Origin: Archangiaceae bacterium | GTDB taxonomy: Bacteria > Myxococcota > Myxococcia > Myxococcales > Myxococcaceae | Assembly: GCA_043750125.1 (NCBI GenBank) | Contig: JAYVCD010000129.1 | Location: 1-11,826 of the forward strand | Direction of reading: 5' to 3' | Length of the DNA: 11,826 nucleotides | Part shown: in pieces, positions 10,148-11,826 of the stretch | Layout of the letters: each line of letters opens with the position of its first letter | Position numbering within the stretch: position 1 is the stretch's first letter | Notes under the pieces: model-generated | Told to the model about the DNA's origin: nothing | Database searches by the model: none | What the model saw: only the letters and a program-made list of their open reading frames with translations | Program-made: the position numbers and the translations under genes

Positions 10148-10990
10148 TTAGCGAAACGCAGCACCGTACGCCGACAGGAAATCGTCAAAAGTCCGCACGT
10201 TGCCGATCAGTGCACCCAAAGACGGGTCGATTGCCGCGGCTCCACCGCTCTTCTGGTAGGCGTGCATGCTGAGGTAGTCCTTGGCGAGCCACTCGGGCAG
10301 GCCCGCTCCGACCAGCGCGCCCTTGAACTGCTCGGGCGGAAGGTCGACGTATTTCACCGGCTTGCCGATCGCCTTGCTGATCTTCGCCGCGATGTCGGCG
10401 TACGACAGCGGCTCTTTACCCGTCAGCGGGTAGGTTTTTCCGTCGTGACCTGGGGTGGTGAGCGCTTTCACCGCCACGGCAGCGATGTCGCGCGCGTCGA
10501 TCATCGGCGTTTTCCCTTCTCCCGCGGTCCCGTAGATCGCTCCCTCTTTGACGGTCTTCGCGCTGCCGAGGATGTTCTGCACGAACCCGCCTGGCTGAAG
10601 GATCGTCCACTTCAGCCCCGACTTCTTCAAGTGCTCATCGGCCGCCGCGTGCCACTGCGCAAGCTGTACCGGCGAAGACTTGTCCGCGCCCAGGACCGAC
10701 AGCCGAACCACGTGCTTCACATCGGCCTTTTTCGCCGCGTCCACGACCTTGTTCTGCAGAGCCGTCGAGTCCGGGGTTGAATTGGTGAGCAGGAACAACT
10801 TTTCCACGCCCTTCAGCGCCGTCTCGACCGAGGCCAGATCCGTCAGATCGCCCTTGGCCACTTCGATGTTGGGAAGCGCTGGCACCTTCTTCGGGTCGCG
10901 CGCCAGCACCCGGAACTTCTGGCCGGTCGCCGCCAACTGCTTCACCACTTCGCTACCAACCGTGCCCGTGCCGCCAATGATCAGGATCAT
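10148..10990 (-). CDS. NmrA-family atypical SDR NAD(P)H oxidoreductase (azoreductase/triphenylmethane reductase-like)
   Basis: MILIIGGTGTVG Rossmann motif, VKHVVRLS, WTILQPGGF, IDARDIA and YPLTG. SD GAGGGA precedes the ATG at 10990. 280 aa. Confidence 0.93.
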   Translation of the reverse strand: MILIIGGTGTVGSEVVKQLAATGQKFRVLARDPKKVPALPNIEVAKGDLTDLASVETALKGVEKLFLLTNSTPDSTALQNKVVDAAKKADVKHVVRLSVLGADKSSPVQLAQWHAAADEHLKKSGLKWTILQPGGFVQNILGSAKTVKEGAIYGTAGEGKTPMIDARDIAAVAVKALTTPGHDGKTYPLTGKEPLSYADIAAKISKAIGKPVKYVDLPPEQFKGALVGAGLPEWLAKDYLSMHAYQKSGGAAAIDPSLGALIGNVRTFDDFLSAYGAAFR

Positions 10991-11018
10991 ATGAGTCCCT
11001 CGAAAGCTGTGAGCCGCT

Positions 11019-11047
11019 CGAGTAATGAAGCTGAGGTCGCGAAGCAA
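11019..11047 (-). promoter_or_regulatory. Possible sigma-70-type promoter of the NmrA-like gene
   Basis: TTGCTT-N17-TACTCG on the minus strand in the intergenic region. Confidence 0.3.
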
Positions 11048-11065
11048 CTGTCGATCCGAACAGGG

Positions 11066-11826
11066 TCAGAGCGATCGAACGCAGACCGGGGGTGAATTGA
11101 TCGGGCTGGGCCCAAACAATTTCTCCCACTGACCCCGATCGTGCGCGGGGAGAATCTCAATTTCCGGAACGACCTGGTGCAGCTCGACCAGCCGAGCGAC
11201 CTGGGCATCGGTCGCGGCCCGGTCTTCGTCGGTCATCGTGCTCATCAACTTCGACTTCGGAACCTGGCGATCGATCGATTCTTCGACGTTGATCAGGTCG
11301 CCCACGTGGAACAGGCGCCTGCCGGGCAGGTTGACGAAAGTGGCCACGCTGCCGGGGGTGTGCCCGAACGTGGGGACGATCACCACCGACCCATCGCCAA
11401 AGACGTCGAAGCTCTTCGGGTAGTTGAGGTACGGGCCGGACTCGAACCGCAACCCGACCCTTCGCCCTTCGATCGCACGCGCCTGGGCGGGGATCACGAT
11501 TCCGCCATGATTCTTCACATCGGAATCAATGAACGCGAGCTCTTCCGCCGCCAGCCACACCGGGACTCCTGGCAACTGGCTGACTCCGCCCAGGTGGTCG
11601 GCGTGGGCGTGAGAGACGACGATCGCCGTCAACTGGGTGGCCTTCAGGCCCACCAACATCGTTTTGAGGTTCCCGCGAGGGACGTTTCGTCCGGCGGTCT
11701 GGCCGAAGACAAACCGGTTCCACCAGCCAAGTTCCTTCGCTTCTTCTGCCGCGTTGAGCGCGATTCCGCTGTCGATCAGCAGGTCGCCTTTGGGGTGGCG
11801 GACCAGCAGGGCTGAGGTGGTCACCT
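11066..11826 (-). CDS. MBL-fold hydrolase, N-acyl-homoserine-lactonase-like (5' end outside the window)
   Basis: LLIDSG, SHAHADHLGG (HxHxDH), DVFGDGSV, GHTPGS, VGD and LPAHD. The frame is open to the window edge. Confidence 0.88.
   Translation of the reverse strand, partial: VTTSALLVRHPKGDLLIDSGIALNAAEEAKELGWWNRFVFGQTAGRNVPRGNLKTMLVGLKATQLTAIVVSHAHADHLGGVSQLPGVPVWLAAEELAFIDSDVKNHGGIVIPAQARAIEGRRVGLRFESGPYLNYPKSFDVFGDGSVVIVPTFGHTPGSVATFVNLPGRRLFHVGDLINVEESIDRQVPKSKLMSTMTDEDRAATDAQVARLVELHQVVPEIEILPAHDRGQWEKLFGPSPINSPPVCVRSL

Noticed and set aside
10124..10780. Remainder of the 259-aa ORF after the HTH
   Set aside because: Antisense to the NmrA-like gene and not protein-like.

Overview
High-GC bacterial window, most consistent with a myxobacterium (inferred from the Cys-rich ASH-repeat lipoprotein, TaR3-like hydrolase, SWIM-SNF2 ATPase and sigma-54 elements). 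Intact genes are a multi-Ig-domain lipoprotein (runs off the left edge, missed by the ORF track), a type-2 argG, an FHA protein coupled to an MBL-fold hydrolase, a small putatively sigma-54-driven protein, a SWIM-SNF2 helicase, gloA, an NmrA-like oxidoreductase and a partial lactonase-like MBL hydrolase. Five accessory genes are damaged: a 1-nt frameshift plus a deletion, a 17-bp tandem duplication, a nonsense codon, and a chimeric deletion scar joining two gene remnants. The best candidate for an undescribed system is a GarA/OdhI-like FHA phospho-switch plus a TaR3-like hydrolase, sharing a palindromic, apparently leaderless bidirectional promoter with argG. No RNA genes, CRISPR arrays or mobile elements were seen. 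Family assignments come from motif recognition, not database searches.
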